This document shows positions 44,534 to 54,693 of a stretch of 64,000 bases of DNA, in pieces. Source of the DNA: an uncultured delta proteobacterium (lineage in GTDB: Bacteria; Desulfobacterota; Binatia; UBA9968); assembly GCA_963847445.1 (NCBI GenBank), contig CAWJZV010000030.1:256001-320000 (forward strand). The letters run 5' to 3'. A program made the position numbers and the translations under genes. Each line of letters begins with the position of its first letter. The first letter of the stretch is position 1. A model generated the notes under the pieces. It searched no databases. It saw nothing but the letters and a program-made list of their open reading frames with translations, and was not told the DNA's origin.

Positions 44534-45136
44534 TCAGTTGCCTCCAATTTTATCCACTCCCCACAAAACGAGCATCAAAATCGGAACGACCACGAATATA
44601 AACGGATAGAGACGTACGTTCAGAAGATCGGGGAACATGATGTTCCCTCGATATCCCAATTTCATAAATTTCTTTTCTAAGAAACGTGAAGCTTCCGCAA
44701 AAAGAAAGGAACCGGCCATTAATCCCACGATGCCAGCTATGACATCATAGTTACCTTGCCCAAGTGCCGCGCCTCCCGTACCAGGGCAGTAGCCAAACAG
44801 AGCGAATCCGACACCAAAAAGTAAACCGCCGATTATGTTAGCAGCGTATCGGGTTGGCTTTACGTGAAGCTTTACGAGGCCGAGCGCATACATGGAAAAG
44901 ATGCCGACCATTCCAACGATAATGGCGCTCAACATTACTTTCACGACGGTAGCATCCGTGAAGAGAAGAGCCCCTAAGAGGATGTCATATTTTGCAACTC
45001 CTCCTTTTTGAAGAAGAAAGCCAAAGATAAGACCAAATACTAGTCCCTGAAATAAAGAAAGAGCTGGAGATTTCGCTTTGTCCTTATCCTCCTCTTTTGC
45101 TTCTACTTTCATAAATTTTTGGGCTCTTGCCGCCAC
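44534..45136 (-). CDS. YeeE/YedE sulfur-transport family membrane protein (half 2)
   Basis: GL.FG.LL, GG.LFG.G....GYCPGT. Confidence 0.85.
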   Translation of the reverse strand: MAARAQKFMKVEAKEEDKDKAKSPALSLFQGLVFGLIFGFLLQKGGVAKYDILLGALLFTDATVVKVMLSAIIVGMVGIFSMYALGLVKLHVKPTRYAANIIGGLLFGVGFALFGYCPGTGGAALGQGNYDVIAGIVGLMAGSFLFAEASRFLEKKFMKLGYRGNIMFPDLLNVRLYPFIFVVVPILMLVLWGVDKIGGN

Positions 45137-45138
45137 TG

Positions 45139-45663
45139 TTAGCTCCTAAAGAGAAGAGCTGCGGTTCCTGCTCCTCCGATAAAAAAGCATATCAACGCTA
45201 TCCATGAGCCAACAGAAAGCTGCAGGGTACCGCTAATTCCATGTCCACTTGTACATCCCCCCGCCATGCGAGCCCCGAAAGCCATCACGGCTCCTCCCGC
45301 AAAACAAGCCAGGAGTCTCAATGGAATTTCTGTCCCGAACCTTTCCGCCCACATCCTGGGAACCCATTCGTTCGTTATATCGCCAGTGGAAACGGACGAG
45401 ACGAAAGCGCCTAGGATCACTCCAACGAGTAACATAACTTCCCAATCAATCTTGGGCGCGTTGTCTTGGAAGTATTTCAAAGACATCGTGTGGCGCTTGG
45501 AAAATAGATTTCCAACTAGTCCAGCAAAGCTTGCATAGGCCGAAGAGGCTCCGATGGGCTTATTAGAAAAGTAAAAAGTGAACATCGAGAGAACACCGAT
45601 GAGAGCTCCGACGAGATAGGGGGACCACGCCGGCGAGGAGTAAACTTCTGGAGGCGCGTTCAC
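45139..45663 (-). CDS. YeeE/YedE sulfur-transport family membrane protein (half 1)
   Basis: WSPY..G, P.G.S, FGAR.AGGCTSGHG.SG. Confidence 0.88.
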   Translation of the reverse strand: MNAPPEVYSSPAWSPYLVGALIGVLSMFTFYFSNKPIGASSAYASFAGLVGNLFSKRHTMSLKYFQDNAPKIDWEVMLLVGVILGAFVSSVSTGDITNEWVPRMWAERFGTEIPLRLLACFAGGAVMAFGARMAGGCTSGHGISGTLQLSVGSWIALICFFIGGAGTAALLFRS

Positions 45664-47048
45664 GCAGCCTCCTTCGCTTTGTCCTTCTCAATGGGTAATT
45701 CCAGCTTTTTCCACGCGGTCAACCCACCGAGGAGGTTGGTGACATGATTGAAACCGTGTCTTTTTAAGATGCTGCAAGCAAGGCTAGATCTATGCCCTAC
45801 GCTACAGTGAACAATAAGCTGATCTTCTTTGTTCACCTTGGGCGGATTGTTATCTAAATAACCGACGTAGGTATGCAGGGCGCCGGAAATGTGCTCATCC
45901 TCCCACTCCATATCGTCCCGGACATCGAGAATGTGGGATCCGCCGGTTTCGAGATGACGAGACGCTTCGAGTGCGGTCGTGGTATCGATACGCTCAATCG
46001 GAAGTCCTTCTTTTCTCCAGGATTCCATCCCTTCGGCGAGAATTCCTCCGATGGTGTCAAGCCCGATACGGGACAGAGCCAGCATGCCTTCTGCGACGTG
46101 ATCAGACAAACCGACGACTAGGAATATCTTGGTTGTTTCATCGGCCACCCAGCCACCAAAAGTCGAAAGGCCCTCCATCCAAATCGAGTAAGAGCCGGGA
46201 ACGTGACCGCCTGCAAAGGCCTCAGGGGATCGGGTATCGATCACTACTCCCCCTTTCATCTCTCGCTGAAATTCCTTCGGTTGAAAAATTTTGCAAGTTC
46301 TCGGTTCCGGCATGGGGAGGCCTGCCTCTAAGTTTACTTTTTCCATATTTTTGAAATAGGGAGGACGCGGCAGCTTTTCGTTTTCTTTTTGAGAGATGAA
46401 ATCTGTACGGTTTAAGGTGAAAGCCGGGTTCTCGGCACGCTCCAAGCCCAGCGTGGAGTCATCTCTGTCGGCGATGTTTCCCCCGCAGGCTGAGCCCGAC
46501 CCGTGTGCGGGAAAAAGCAGCGTCTGGTCTCCGAGAGGAATTATTTTTGCATGAATAGAATCGTAAAGGATGCCGGCGTTCTCGGCCGTTTTTTCAGGGT
46601 CGGGAAGATCGGTCCGACCCGCTTCTCCGATAAAAAGGGCGTCTCCCGTGAAGACTCCCCAGGCGCTCTCGCCCGTGTCTTCTAAGTAAATAGCGTAAGA
46701 CATGCTTTCCGGAGTATGCCCAGGAGTTTCGAATGCCTTAATCCGGGCAGTTCCAATAGATAATTCCTCGCCGTCTCTAAGTCGTATGTCAGTCTTCCCA
46801 AAAAGCTCGTGGCGACCTGAAACGATTTTTGAACCGGTCGCGTTCACGAGCGATCGCGTGCCATATACAAAATCCTCCTGGCGATGTGTCTCGAAAACAT
46901 GAGTTATGGTGAGTCCGTTGTCTCGCGCAGCGATCAAATACTCCTCAATATCGCGCCTAGGATCTATTACGACGGCTTTTCCTTCACCACATTCGAGGAT
47001 ATAAGAGTTTTGACCGAGTCCTTTTGTTTTAATTCTTTTGAAAAGCAT
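45660..47048 (-). CDS. MBL-fold hydrolase/persulfide-dioxygenase-like protein with two rhodanese domains
   Basis: ETHRQEDF, TPGHTPE, FTGD.LF.G..GR.DL, PAHG.GS.CG, D.R....F..GH.PG, HCSVGHRS. Confidence 0.88.
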   Translation of the reverse strand: MLFKRIKTKGLGQNSYILECGEGKAVVIDPRRDIEEYLIAARDNGLTITHVFETHRQEDFVYGTRSLVNATGSKIVSGRHELFGKTDIRLRDGEELSIGTARIKAFETPGHTPESMSYAIYLEDTGESAWGVFTGDALFIGEAGRTDLPDPEKTAENAGILYDSIHAKIIPLGDQTLLFPAHGSGSACGGNIADRDDSTLGLERAENPAFTLNRTDFISQKENEKLPRPPYFKNMEKVNLEAGLPMPEPRTCKIFQPKEFQREMKGGVVIDTRSPEAFAGGHVPGSYSIWMEGLSTFGGWVADETTKIFLVVGLSDHVAEGMLALSRIGLDTIGGILAEGMESWRKEGLPIERIDTTTALEASRHLETGGSHILDVRDDMEWEDEHISGALHTYVGYLDNNPPKVNKEDQLIVHCSVGHRSSLACSILKRHGFNHVTNLLGGLTAWKKLELPIEKDKAKEAA

Positions 47049-47122
47049 AGCTATTTCCTTTAACTTCGCGGCTCACCAACGTTTCCATACCTATAAGATC
47101 TGCTCACGCAGAATGCGAACCA

Positions 47123-47971
47123 TTAGTTAGGTCCTTTGACCTGAGATGAGTTCTTATCGACCACGCCCGGTATCTGTTTAATCGAACCGGTAAATTTACC
47201 GTTCAACGCATCGACTCCGGATTGTGGCTTGGCGAACTTTTCTAGGTCCTGACGCTCGCGGCGCTTCTCGTTTGTATCGGTGGCTAGTTTGTTATCACGA
47301 GCTGCGATGAGACCTGGCTTGTCCTCTCCATCACGATTAAATGACCATGCTAGCATCGGTTCTCCCATTGGAAGTTTATCCCCATGATCTGTTGCCCATA
47401 AATGCCAGGTCTTTCCGTAACTATTCATCTTTCCCTTCATGAGTTCCTTCTCAGCCACCGCTGGAAGTCCTGGCGCTATCAGCTGACCGGAGAGAATTTC
47501 TCCGTTATGCGGATGCCAGTACTGTCTTTCCTTTTGCGCTAATGTTTCAAAAAGCCGCTCCGAAATTATGTATTCGATTCCATTCATATTAGCAGCCCGA
47601 GTGTTCCCATCGAATAAGACGCATTGGGCAAAGTCTTCATTTACCTGTGTACAAAAATGGTGCGCTTCCGTCTGGTGACTAGGATCGTTTTTCATGGGGT
47701 GAAACCCGACGAGATAGACATTAATTGGATCTAGCGGGGAATCTTTCTGAAGAAGTTTGGCACCCAGCTTAAGCACTTCGGTTTTCGTCGTAGCATCCTC
47801 TCCTGATGGACGCACCAGGGGATCACGACTGCCAACACAACTTGTAACAGTGAGAGCTAAGGCGATAATGTGGATTCCTATGGAAACGCGTTTTGATGAA
47901 AAGGTGCCTGCTCGATACATATTTAACTTACTCCTACGACCAATTCGTTTATTCAGCAAAAACACGGCCAC
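47123..47971 (-). CDS. DUF1264 / OBAP-family (lipo)protein
   Basis: GFH...EAHH.C, QC.LFDG, G.EYI.S..LF, WH.HN.E..SG.L, YGKTWH.W. Confidence 0.82.
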   Translation of the reverse strand: MAVFLLNKRIGRRSKLNMYRAGTFSSKRVSIGIHIIALALTVTSCVGSRDPLVRPSGEDATTKTEVLKLGAKLLQKDSPLDPINVYLVGFHPMKNDPSHQTEAHHFCTQVNEDFAQCVLFDGNTRAANMNGIEYIISERLFETLAQKERQYWHPHNGEILSGQLIAPGLPAVAEKELMKGKMNSYGKTWHLWATDHGDKLPMGEPMLAWSFNRDGEDKPGLIAARDNKLATDTNEKRRERQDLEKFAKPQSGVDALNGKFTGSIKQIPGVVDKNSSQVKGPN

Positions 47972-48353
47972 AATGACACCAGGGGCAGTGAGCGATAGAC
48001 CAAACCTAAGTTAATAAAAGCGCAAAGTCACTTTTCAGGCGCAACAACACTCGTTGTAAAGTTAGTACTAAACACGGGGTAGATATGCTCTGGTGGAATG
48101 ATGAAGTCTTTTTTGCCATAGACCGGCTAAGTGAGCTAACAAGATCCGGGAACTCAACAAATACACCCAGCCCTGTTATTATACTAGTTTCTCGTTTGTA
48201 AGATTTTCCGGATTTCAATGTTCTAGGATTGGGACGGTTTACGCTCCGTCAAATTTATTTACATTAAAAAATGACACATTGAACCTCGCCTTCGAGTGAA
48301 TGAACTTAAACCGCATGCGATTTGCGTGACTGTTTGTTTCAGGAGACTTTCAT

Positions 48354-48821
48354 ATGATACCCCCGACTACTACACGCGTTTCGAAGCATACGGCGGAAGA
48401 CATCAATGAGCGAATCCGGCGCCAAACCGATGAGACTGTTTCAGCCTGTGTCTCTGGCGGCGTAACCGCGATTGATAGAAGGTTGCGTGAGCTTGACGAG
48501 GAATGGGACATTGAACGCACTCTTGAGACGAATGCTGCAACTATCTCTTTAATCGGACTCGGCTTGGGTGCGTTGATCGACCGGAAGTGGTTTATGTTTC
48601 CCGTGATCGTCTGCGGGTTCCTACTACAACATGCCATTCAGGGCTGGTGCCCGCCCGTGCCCGTGTTTCGCCGACTCGGAGTCCGAACGAGTTTTGAGAT
48701 CGAGCAAGAGCGGTACGCCCTGAAGTCGCTGCGCGGAGATTTTCAAGGGCTGCCCACAGTTCGCGATGTGGGGACAAATGGGCTTACGGTCAGCCACACA
48801 CTTGAGGCTGTTCGCAGTTAG
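48354..48821 (+). CDS. DUF2892 (YgaP-like) membrane protein
   Basis: EWD.ER.LE.N, FL.QHA.QGWCPP, G.RT..EI..E..ALK..RGDF. Confidence 0.82.
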   Translation: MIPPTTTRVSKHTAEDINERIRRQTDETVSACVSGGVTAIDRRLRELDEEWDIERTLETNAATISLIGLGLGALIDRKWFMFPVIVCGFLLQHAIQGWCPPVPVFRRLGVRTSFEIEQERYALKSLRGDFQGLPTVRDVGTNGLTVSHTLEAVRS

Positions 48822-48899
48822 GCACGGTAACAAATGATCCGTGTCGTGTCTGTGAAGTAGATCCCACAAGGTTAGCAGAGGCCTTCGAAAACCCCTTTT

Positions 48900-49065
48900 A
48901 ATCTCTGCCGACCTGGCACAATGCCTTCAAGATGAAATCCAATGGCATCGTGCATGTTCTATTCAACCTCGGCTTTACAAGAACCGGTTACAACGCAACC
49001 TTTAACTTCAGGCGAGTGGGCGGAAAACCCCGTGGAGGTTTTTCAATAACGACCAAGTACTGATT
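48900..49065 (-). pseudogene. HicB antitoxin remnant
   Basis: YLVVIEK/STGFSAHSPEVKGCVVTG...EVE*NMHDAIGFHLEG with in-frame stop. Confidence 0.7.
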
Positions 49066-49223
49066 CTTTCGCCAGCTTGAAGCCGACCGGAGAGAATGCA
49101 GCTCAATGTCCCGGGAGCAAGATCATCGCTTGCTTTTCCGGGCAACGTTCCAGACCTGCCTTTCGGGCGGGCCAAATACCAACCGTCATCCTCTAGCAAG
49201 TTTACAACCTCGCGCACTTTCAT
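49060..49223 (-). pseudogene. HicA toxin remnant
   Basis: MKVREVV.LLE.DGWYL.R.KG...PGK.SDDLAPGTL.SI; the GSH..F.HP segment is missing. Confidence 0.7.
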
Positions 49224-49335
49224 CTGGCCAATCCGACCATACGAAAGTTTAACATCCGAAAGGTAGGCTATCGAACCAATCAAAATTGATAAAGGCGAAT
49301 GTTACAAAGGATCCAAGCGCGGACGGAATAATTTC

Positions 49336-50080
49336 TTAGTGAAAGATGCTGCCCCCGTCCACGACAATCGCCTGCCCGGTCATGAAGTCGCTGTCGGACG
49401 AACAGAGAAAAACCAACGTGCCCATCAGATCATCCGGCGTTTGCAGCCGCTTGATCGAGCGTTCCTTCAACTGCAATTCCGTCAGCGCCGTGGGCGCGTT
49501 CTGACCTTCGTGCTCGACCAATCCCGGCGCGATGGCGTTGACGCAGATGCCGAACTCGCCGACTTCGCGGGCCAGTGAGCGGGTCATGCCGATCAGCGCC
49601 GCTTTCGATGCGACGTAGTGCAGAAAGTTCGGCGTGCCCCAGTAGGCGGTCGACGACGAGATGTTGATGATCTTGCCGCTCTTCTGTTCTTTCATCTGTG
49701 CGAAGACCGCTTTGGCGCAGAGAAACGGACCTTTGATATTAACCGCCGAAACTTTGTCCCACTCGTCGCCGCTGATTTCGTAAAACGGATGGCGCTGGAT
49801 GTTGATGAAGATCGCGGCGTTGTTGACCAGGATATCGATGCGGCCGAAAGCTTTCACCGCTTCGGCTTGCCATGCGGTTGGTATCTTCTTCCTTCGATAC
49901 ATCGACTTTGAGCGCCAGCGCCTTGCCGCCCTTGGCGCGAATCTCGTTCGCCACCGGTTCGCCGTCGAGAATATCGGCGATGACGACCGCGGCGCCTTCT
50001 TCCGCCAAGCGCCGGCAGTATGCCGCGCCGATATGGCGCGCGCCGCCGGTGACGATGGCAACCCGGCCGCCCAGCCTCAC
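49336..50080 (-). CDS. Short-chain dehydrogenase/reductase (frameshift near 49865)
   Basis: TGGAR.IG, LVNNAA, YVASKA, VNAIAPG, TGQ...VDGG. Confidence 0.92.
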
Positions 50081-50091
50081 AACAACCGCCC

Positions 50092-50170
50092 GGAGTGATG
50101 GAGTGTTGGAGTACTGGAGTATTGGGTTCCGGACCCATCACTCCACCACTCCATTACTCCATCACTCCAA
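50092..50170. repeat. Inverted pair of 8-bp tandem arrays (TGGAGTnn / nnACTCCA)
   Basis: ggagtgatggagtgttggagtactggagtattggg ttccgga cccatcactccaccactccattactccatcactcca. Confidence 0.92.
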
Positions 50171-50177
50171 TTCATCT

Positions 50178-51801
50178 TCATATCATCCCCCTCAGATGTT
50201 CGCGGAAGTCCACCGGATTCCACCAGGTTTTCAGTCCCAGCGATTCGGCGATCACTTTCGCCGCGTTGTAACCCGGCGCGCCGGTGATGTTGCCGCCGGG
50301 ATGGCAGGACGAGCCGCACATGAACAGACCGTCGATCGGCGTCTTGTACTGGCCCCAGCCGGGAAACGGCCGGTTCTCTAAAGCTTGATCGCCGGAATAT
50401 TCGCCGACCATCCAGTCGCCGCAGTACATGTTTTTGTCATGGCGCTCGATGTCGAGCGGCGTAGTCGAATCGGTCGAGAGAATGTTGGCGTCAGTCAGAT
50501 TCGGCGCGAACTTCTGCCAGACGGCGAGTTGTTTGTTGAACCAATCGTCGCGCGCTTTGTCCCAGTTCAGCGGGTTGCCCCAGAGATTGTAGGTCATGAG
50601 CTGCCACATGAACGCAGTGGCTTTGCCCGGCGGCGCCTGGGTCGGATCGTGAAACGACGGCGTCGCGCCATTCATGAACGGTTTGCGCGGCAGCTGGCCG
50701 GTGCGGCAATCTTCGAACAAATTTTGCAAATCTTCGTAGTCCTCCAGGCCGACGATATGCATGAACGAGCCGGCGACTTCGGGATGTTTTTCTTCGGTGA
50801 TGTACTTGGGTCTTTCGTTCAACGCCAGATTAGTCGCGAAGATCGGCGTGGTTTTGGAAAAGCGAAAGTTTTCGGCAAGGGTCGGCGAACTTATTTTCTA
50901 GATTCTCCCGACCGACCAATTTGATGAAGGTCTCCACCGGGTTGACGTTGGAAGCGATGAACTTGCGCGCTTTGATCACCGTGCCGTCTTCGAGCACCAC
51001 GGCGGTCGCCTGGCCTTTTTCGACTAAGATGCGCTCGACACCGTTGGCTTCGATATAGTCGACGTGATTGTGCGACATCATATGCGCCAGATTATCGCCC
51101 AAGGCGTGGGAGGTGCCGCGGCAGAGCTGGGGATTGACGCCCCAGGCGATCATCGCCGGTATTAGATAACCGGTCTTTGGCGCGTCGAGCTCGTAGCCGC
51201 GCATGACACCGAGGAAACCAATAAAAGCCCGCACGCGCGGATGTTCGAAGTGGCGCAAGACGAACTCTTCCGGCGTGGTGTCAAAATATTTTAGATACTC
51301 GCGCCCTTCCGGCGTCTTTTCGAGCAGCGGCTTCTTCTCGTCGAAGGGCAGCGGCACGGCATAGGTTTCGGTAAAGACAACCTTCTGCACCACCGGCTGC
51401 CAGCGCGTCCAGATATCCATGAACGACGCCGCGTCTTTCTTGGAGAAACGCTCGATGGTCTCGACGGTCTTCTTCACATCCGAAAACCAGCCGAGATAAG
51501 TCTTGTCGAGGAAATGGTGCACGACTCCGGGATCGGGCCGGTAGTAGTGAATGCCGAAGTTCTCCAGCTCCAGATCCTTGTACCACGGCAGCATCATCAA
51601 GCCGCGGTGAAAAACCGAATGGATGTTATGCCAGAAGCCCGCATAGTTGCGGTCTTCGTGGGAATCCAAACCGCCGCCCACTTCCATATTCTTCTCGACG
51701 ACCATGATCTTCTGGCCGCACTTGGCGAGATAACCGGCGCAGATCATGCCGTTGTGGCCGGCGCCGATGACGACGCCGTCGTATTCGAGGATTTTTGCCA
51801 T
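50178..51801 (-). CDS. Phytoene-dehydrogenase-like FAD oxidoreductase (frameshift near 50880)
   Basis: IGAGHNG..CA.YLAK.G, PS..DPT.AP.GK, Y.TPI.GL..CG...HPGG...GAPG.NAA. Confidence 0.88.
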
Positions 51802-51821
51802 AATATCCGCTCCGAACCAGC

Positions 51822-51902
51822 TTGAACGTTTTGAACTATTTGAACGGCTTGAACGGCGCGTGGTTCAAATCGTTCAAATAGTTCAAGCCGTTCAAAATGT
51901 TC
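51822..51902. repeat. Inverted pair of 9-bp arrays (TTGAAC... then GTTCAA...)
   Basis: 4 reverse plus 4-5 forward units around a short loop. Confidence 0.92.
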
Positions 51903-51908
51903 GGCCCC

Positions 51909-53487
51909 TTATAACCCGAGATCCTGCTTAATGACGCGCCACGCGTTATACCCCGAGCCCGCGATCACGGCGTCGGCCGGATGCATCGCGACGCCGACTT
52001 GATACAGCCCTTGGATCGGCGTGCGGTAGTCGGAGATCTGTTCGATCGGCCGCTGCTCGCCCATCTGCGTCGGAATCTTGCGCGCCACCCAGACCGAGCC
52101 GCGCCGCATGTTGGGCCAACGTCCCGCCATGTAGTGGGGCTCCATGGCCACTTTCATGATGATGTTCTCGTCGGTCAAGTTGGTCGCGTAACGGCGCCAG
52201 GTTTTGACCACCGTATCGAGAAAGCCGTTCTTTAGTTTAACCCAATCCTCCGGCTGCTTGCCTTTCAATTGATACGGCACCGGCAGGTAGGCCGACGCCG
52301 CATGCTTGCCGGCGGGCGCTTGCAACGGATCGAAGGCGGTCGGACAGATTGCGTGCAGGCAGCCATGGGTGGGAAACTCACCGGCGCGAATCTCTTGCCA
52401 CATGGTTTCCAGATCGCCGGGCCTCTCAGGTCCGATATTTACGTTCATCGCTTGACTCACCGCCGGGTTGTTGGCTTCGTGGATGGCGTAACGCACCGGT
52501 GCCCGCAATGCCAAATGCACCTGGAAATAGGAAAACTCGTCGAGCTGGATATCTTTCACCCGTTCGACAAACGTCCGCGGCAGATAATCCTCTCCCACCA
52601 TCTCGACAAAAGTCGCATAAGGATCGCCATTCGACACCACCGCCAAGCGCGCTTGCCACTCGCGCCCATCGCGCAGACGCACGCCTACCGCCCGACCGTC
52701 GTCATTGACGAGAATCCTGTCGACATGGTGCACCGCGCGAATTTGCCCACCGTTGTAGACATAGGCGCGCTGCAAAACCTGAGCGATGGAATGCGACCCG
52801 CCGCGCGCTAGCTCCGGCTGCTCGTCACCGGCGATCAGCTTTAACACTTCAATGCCGCCAGCCGCCGTAGTCGATGCCGACGCCGCGCGGAATCGCCATC
52901 TGCGACAGCACCAAGGTCTTAACGGCATCGCTGTCAAACAGCTCGTCGACCACTTGGCGCGGCGTCATTTGCCAGAGCCGTCTAAATTCCTGGCCGTCTC
53001 GCGCGCTGGCCAATTTCTGCAAGATCGCCGCACCCGTCTGGGGCGACTCATAGTAGTAGGGAATCAAATAATCGCGAATCAGCGGATGAAACCGTTGATA
53101 GAGATTGCGCCAAGCCTCACCGTCCCTGGTCGAGAACCGGCTGATCGAAGCGACGGTCTGTTCGATGGCTTGATGGTGCGCAATTGACTGCCCATCCGGG
53201 AGCAACAGTGCGCTTATGACCGGCGGCGAAACGAATTCAGCGTGGTGGCCCTCATCCCATTTCAATTCTTTCCAGATTGGCGAGAGCTGGCGGTTATTCT
53301 GGAAATAAGCCAGCGTGTTATGCCAGTAACCGGGCCGGGTGATTTCTTCGCTGGCGAGCCGCCCACCGTTCTCCAAGCGGCTCTCGCAGATGACAGTCTT
53401 GAGACCCGCCATGCCGAGATAGGTGCCGAGGGCAAAATTATTCTGCCCGGCACCGATCAGAATGACATCCCACTCGCTATCGACCAC
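51909..53487 (-). CDS. Second phytoene-dehydrogenase-like FAD oxidoreductase (frameshift near 52855)
   Basis: IGAGQN, GG.LASEE, PT.FDP.QAP.GKH, YRTPIQGLY..G...HP. Confidence 0.85.
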
Positions 53488-53532
53488 AGAATTCCTCCAA
53501 AGACCGGAACCGCTGGAAGCTTTTTGCAAGAA

Positions 53533-54546
53533 CTAGTTCTGCAAAAATATTTTCTTATACTCCGCCATCTTTTCCTTCAGTGCCGCCGCATCCATATCGA
53601 GCATCTCGACCAGCTCGATTTTGTCGGCGTCCGCCAAGGGCGGATAGATGCCCTTACGGGTGATGAACTCGCCGATGCCGGCCATGATCTTGAGGCTCTC
53701 TTCGCCAAGGAAATAATCGATGAAAGCGCGACCGCCACTGGGATGGACCGGTTTGGCGGCCAGGGCGATCGATTGTCCGTCGCCCATGAATTTGCCTAAT
53801 CGAGAATAGTCCAGCGGCACGCCTTTCTTGCCGTAGAAGACGACGTTCTTGAGAAACGCCACGCCGATGGGCGCTTCGCCGGTGGTGATCCGTTCGCCGG
53901 CTGGGGTCAAGGATTCCACCAGCAGCGGTTTGGACGCCGCCAGATCGCGGATAAACTTGTCGGCCCGTTCTTTACCGAGGATCTTGTGCAGGCTCGTCAG
54001 CCACTGTGCCGTGGTGACATGTTGGCTCGGATCGGGGAATACCACTTTACCTTTGTTTTGCGGCTTGACCAGATCCTCCAAAGACTTCGGCGCGTCGGCC
54101 GGCTTCAACGCGCTGGTATTGTAGACGATGCCGATAATACTGTTGCGATAGCTCGGCGAGCCGAGGGTGTTGTTGATCACCTCCTTGGGAAAGGCGCGCG
54201 CCGATGGCGAATCGTACTTGCCGAGGAAGCCGTCCTTACTGATCAATTGCAAGGTCACATCGGTGGTCAGGACGACATCGAAGCCCGGCTTGCCGGCGCG
54301 GGATTCGGTGGCGATACGGTCGGTAACTTTATTCGACGCCGCACGCCAATACTCGACATCGAGCCCGGTGCGCTTCTTCATCGCCGCCGCGATCAGATCC
54401 ATGGTTTCGTTTTCCAACGACCCGTAGACGATCACCTTGCCGCCTTCCTTCTTGGCTGCCTCAATCAACTTGGCATCCTGGGCCAGCACCGCACAGTGCA
54501 AGGAAAGTAATGTGGCAGCCCCAATCAATGTTTGAGATAACTTCAT
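53533..54546 (-). CDS. ABC substrate-binding protein (AfuA/PotD-like)
   Basis: Signal peptide, AAKKEG.V..YGS, YNT......P.S..DL..P..KG, HP.....F.D..L. Confidence 0.85.
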   Translation of the reverse strand: MKLSQTLIGAATLLSLHCAVLAQDAKLIEAAKKEGGKVIVYGSLENETMDLIAAAMKKRTGLDVEYWRAASNKVTDRIATESRAGKPGFDVVLTTDVTLQLISKDGFLGKYDSPSARAFPKEVINNTLGSPSYRNSIIGIVYNTSALKPADAPKSLEDLVKPQNKGKVVFPDPSQHVTTAQWLTSLHKILGKERADKFIRDLAASKPLLVESLTPAGERITTGEAPIGVAFLKNVVFYGKKGVPLDYSRLGKFMGDGQSIALAAKPVHPSGGRAFIDYFLGEESLKIMAGIGEFITRKGIYPPLADADKIELVEMLDMDAAALKEKMAEYKKIFLQN

Positions 54547-54693
54547 CGCGACATGGCTCCTTTCAGCTGTACCGTGCATAACTCAAAGCTCCGGCAATGT
54601 CTAGAATTCACTCCCTACACGGCGCATGCTACGGCAATTTATTTATTCGATTGTCTGCCCCATCGCCATTTGCTAACCTGCACCTAACTGATC

